Shown here: positions 32,578-34,078 of the stretch, one piece after another
Position numbering within the stretch: the first letter of the stretch is position 1
Layout of the letters: the number at the start of each line of letters is the position of its first letter
Source of the DNA: Candidatus Firestoneibacteriota bacterium
GTDB lineage: Bacteria; Oederibacteriota; JAAXVQ01; JAUVAV01
Assembly (NCBI GenBank): GCA_030635415.1
Contig: DAOVYW010000001.1
Location: 1-34,078 of the forward strand
Reading direction: 5' to 3'
DNA: 34,078 nt
Made by a program: the position numbers and the translations under genes
Notes under the pieces: model-generated
Told to the model about the DNA's origin: nothing
Seen by the model: the letters and a program-made list of their open reading frames with translations, nothing else
Databases searched by the model: none

Positions 32578-34078
32578 ATGTCAGCCCAAAGAAGAAAAAG
32601 ACTACCAACGGATTTTTTTGATCGATTGCTGTCCAACCAAACAGATAATCAAATCAATGATCTGCTCACTTCCCTGGTTGATGAACAGATCTCTCCGGCT
32701 TTGGAAACAGTCAAGGAAGAACCGCCGCGCCCGGCTCCGGCGATCACAGGCGTTGGTTATCGAAAAGGTATTCAGCAAGGTAAAATAGAGGAGTCTATTG
32801 TTACCCGGGATGAAGAACTGCAAGAAGAAGTGCCGGCTTTAGACCAGGACTCATCCTGGGAAGAGCTGATTCCCCGAACCAGGCAGATGCGAGCTCAGAA
32901 GATCACGTCTGGCGTCAAGGCGCCTGAGAAGACCGAGCCTGAGAAGACCGAGCCAGTTATTGATTTGCGTGGGCAAAACCAATTGGAAGCTGATACCCGG
33001 ATTTTAAAGGAAAATCCTCTGGCAGAGGAAGAAATCATATCAAAAGTTGTCGGTGCGCCGCCTCCCGGAGTGCATGGCGCTCCTGAAACTCCAGAGATTA
33101 CAGACATTTCCTGGCGGCCGGAAGTCCCCTTGCCGCCGCAAGATGAGGCTTCGCCTGGAGCAGATGAGGCTTCGCCTGGAGCAGATGAGGCTTCTGTGAA
33201 GGTGGAAGATGCTGGGAAGCCGGCACCACCGCAAGCCGCGGCACCACCGCAAGCCGCGGCACCACCGCAAGCCGCGGCACCACCGCAAGCCGCAGCACCA
33301 CCGCAAGCCGCGGCTCCGGCCCGGCCGGAGGATCAGGCCCCAACCGAGCCGGCAACTAAACCATCGGCTGGCCCGGCCCCGGATTTGCTTACGTATAAGG
33401 AAGCCCGGCGCAACCGGATTCAAGCACGCTGGGAAAGACCGCCCCGTAGACCTAAACCTCCCAAGATGGCAAAAGCCGTACCGTCTATTACGGTAAAGCC
33501 TTCCAAACTGGCTTTGCTGGATAACTACCTGGCTCCGGGGAGGGTCAGGGAGCGGCGGAAAATCATGACCAGAATTCACCGGGCCGCGCTGTTCTTTCTT
33601 TTGCCGGCCTTTATAGCTTTTTCTCTTTTTTCATGGTACCCCATGTTAAAGGGTTTGATGCTTTCGTTTCTTGACTACCAACCGGCCGGACAATCGCTTT
33701 TTATCGGAATGGACAATTATGTCCGGGCTTTTCAGGATGAAATGTTTTGGAGGACCTTAGGGCATGCCGCAGGGTTCTGCTTCTTGGCAGTAGGCATAGG
33801 ATTCTGGATTCCCATTATGCTGTCTATATTTATTAACGAGCTTCGCTGGGGAAAGGGTCTGCTGAAATTCCTGTTTTTTCTGCCATTTTTAATGCCTACT
33901 GTACCCGCGGCGATTCTTTGGAAATGGATGATGGATCAAGGGTTTGGACTGCTTAATGCCTTTATGGCCCTACTGGGGGCGGCGGATCCGCATATCGGCT
34001 GGCTGACCAATCCCAAGCTGGCGCTGTTCTCGCTCGTGCTGCTATATATTTGGAAAAACACCGGGTGGGCGGTTTTAA
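32578..34078 (+). CDS. carbohydrate-type ABC transporter permease (MalF/UgpA-like) with ~330-aa low-complexity N-terminal extension; 3'-partial (runs off window)
   Basis: Hand translation shows one frame open from ATG 32578 (AAGGGAG 7 nt upstream) to the window end with no stop, which is why it is absent from the ORF track. From ~33565 (MTRIHRAALFFLLPAFIAFSLFSWYPMLKGLMLSFLDY...) it is a typical permease N-terminus with successive TM segments. Alternative internal starts are ATG 33466 and ATG 33565. Confidence 0.8.
   Translation, partial: MSAQRRKRLPTDFFDRLLSNQTDNQINDLLTSLVDEQISPALETVKEEPPRPAPAITGVGYRKGIQQGKIEESIVTRDEELQEEVPALDQDSSWEELIPRTRQMRAQKITSGVKAPEKTEPEKTEPVIDLRGQNQLEADTRILKENPLAEEEIISKVVGAPPPGVHGAPETPEITDISWRPEVPLPPQDEASPGADEASPGADEASVKVEDAGKPAPPQAAAPPQAAAPPQAAAPPQAAAPPQAAAPARPEDQAPTEPATKPSAGPAPDLLTYKEARRNRIQARWERPPRRPKPPKMAKAVPSITVKPSKLALLDNYLAPGRVRERRKIMTRIHRAALFFLLPAFIAFSLFSWYPMLKGLMLSFLDYQPAGQSLFIGMDNYVRAFQDEMFWRTLGHAAGFCFLAVGIGFWIPIMLSIFINELRWGKGLLKFLFFLPFLMPTVPAAILWKWMMDQGFGLLNAFMALLGAADPHIGWLTNPKLALFSLVLLYIWKNTGWAVL
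33142..33194 (+). repeat. 21-nt tandem repeat x2.5 (GATGAGGCTTCGCCTGGAGCA; encodes DEASPGA)
   Basis: Identical units at 33142-33162 and 33163-33183, plus a partial unit at 33184-33194. A further 15-nt x2 repeat CCTGAGAAGACCGAG lies at 32923-32952 (PEKTE). Confidence 0.95.
33223..33312 (+). repeat. 18-nt tandem repeat x5 (GCACCACCGCAAGCCGCG; encodes APPQAA)
   Basis: Units at 33223, 33241, 33259, 33277 and 33295. Four are identical and one has a single synonymous GCG>GCA change. They are in frame within the permease extension. Confidence 0.95.

Noticed and set aside
33223-33312. Possible CRISPR array, because of regularly spaced identical 18-nt units.
   Set aside because: The units are directly adjacent with no spacers, are a multiple of 3 in length, and lie in frame inside a coding region. 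There are no cas genes. This is a coding tandem repeat, not a CRISPR.
33040-33579. Track ORFs 33040-33579 (-), 33098-33355 (-) and 33209-33496 (+), with repetitive Arg/Leu/Pro-rich translations.
   Set aside because: They are alternative-frame readings of the GC-rich tandem repeats. The frame starting at 32578 has an SD, is open for over 1.5 kb and runs into a bona fide permease, so these are repeat-driven artefacts.

Overview
This is a chromosomal window from a diderm (outer-membrane-bearing) bacterium. I cannot assign a lineage from the sequence alone.

Gene content, left to right:
- An AT-rich pair of orphan genes (445-1350 +, 1807-2772 -), separated by a 140-nt palindromic element with a perfect 36-bp stem.
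- A Prx6-type peroxiredoxin, divergent from a DeaD-like DEAD-box helicase.
- A zinc-ribbon/PP-loop amidotransferase-like gene.
- A minus-strand block: exported M23-peptidase::class-I-GATase fusion, then a HEAT-like protein (ATGA-coupled), then a TonB-dependent receptor.
- Divergent from that block, a lipoprotein alpha-2-macroglobulin (intact CIEQ thioester, about 1838 aa) followed by pbpC (PBP1C).
- A membrane-anchored orphan.
- exbB-exbD-exbD-tonB.
- The conserved rplU-rpmA-obg-proB-proA-nadD string.
- An orphan CheY-type receiver, then comFB.
- The start of a sugar-type ABC importer: a binding protein plus a permease that runs off the window.

I saw no rRNA, tRNA or CRISPR array.

Non-coding content includes a dispersed family of long palindromic repeats (at least 4 copies plus relics). 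It also includes a second short repeat module, a decayed 5' stub of an IS200/RAYT-type transposase abutting the A2M promoter, several sigma70-like promoters and intrinsic terminators.

Most worth a second look:
1. The exported M23::GATase1 fusion with its coupled HEAT-like partner, sitting back-to-back with the A2M-PBP1C envelope-protection operon.
2. The ABC permease. It is missing from the supplied ORF track because it has no stop in the window. It carries an in-frame ~330-residue Pro/Ala/Glu-rich N-terminal extension built partly from perfect 15-, 21- and 18-nt tandem repeats.
3. The palindromic repeat family together with the RAYT stub.

All functional calls come from motif recognition by eye. 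No database search was run.
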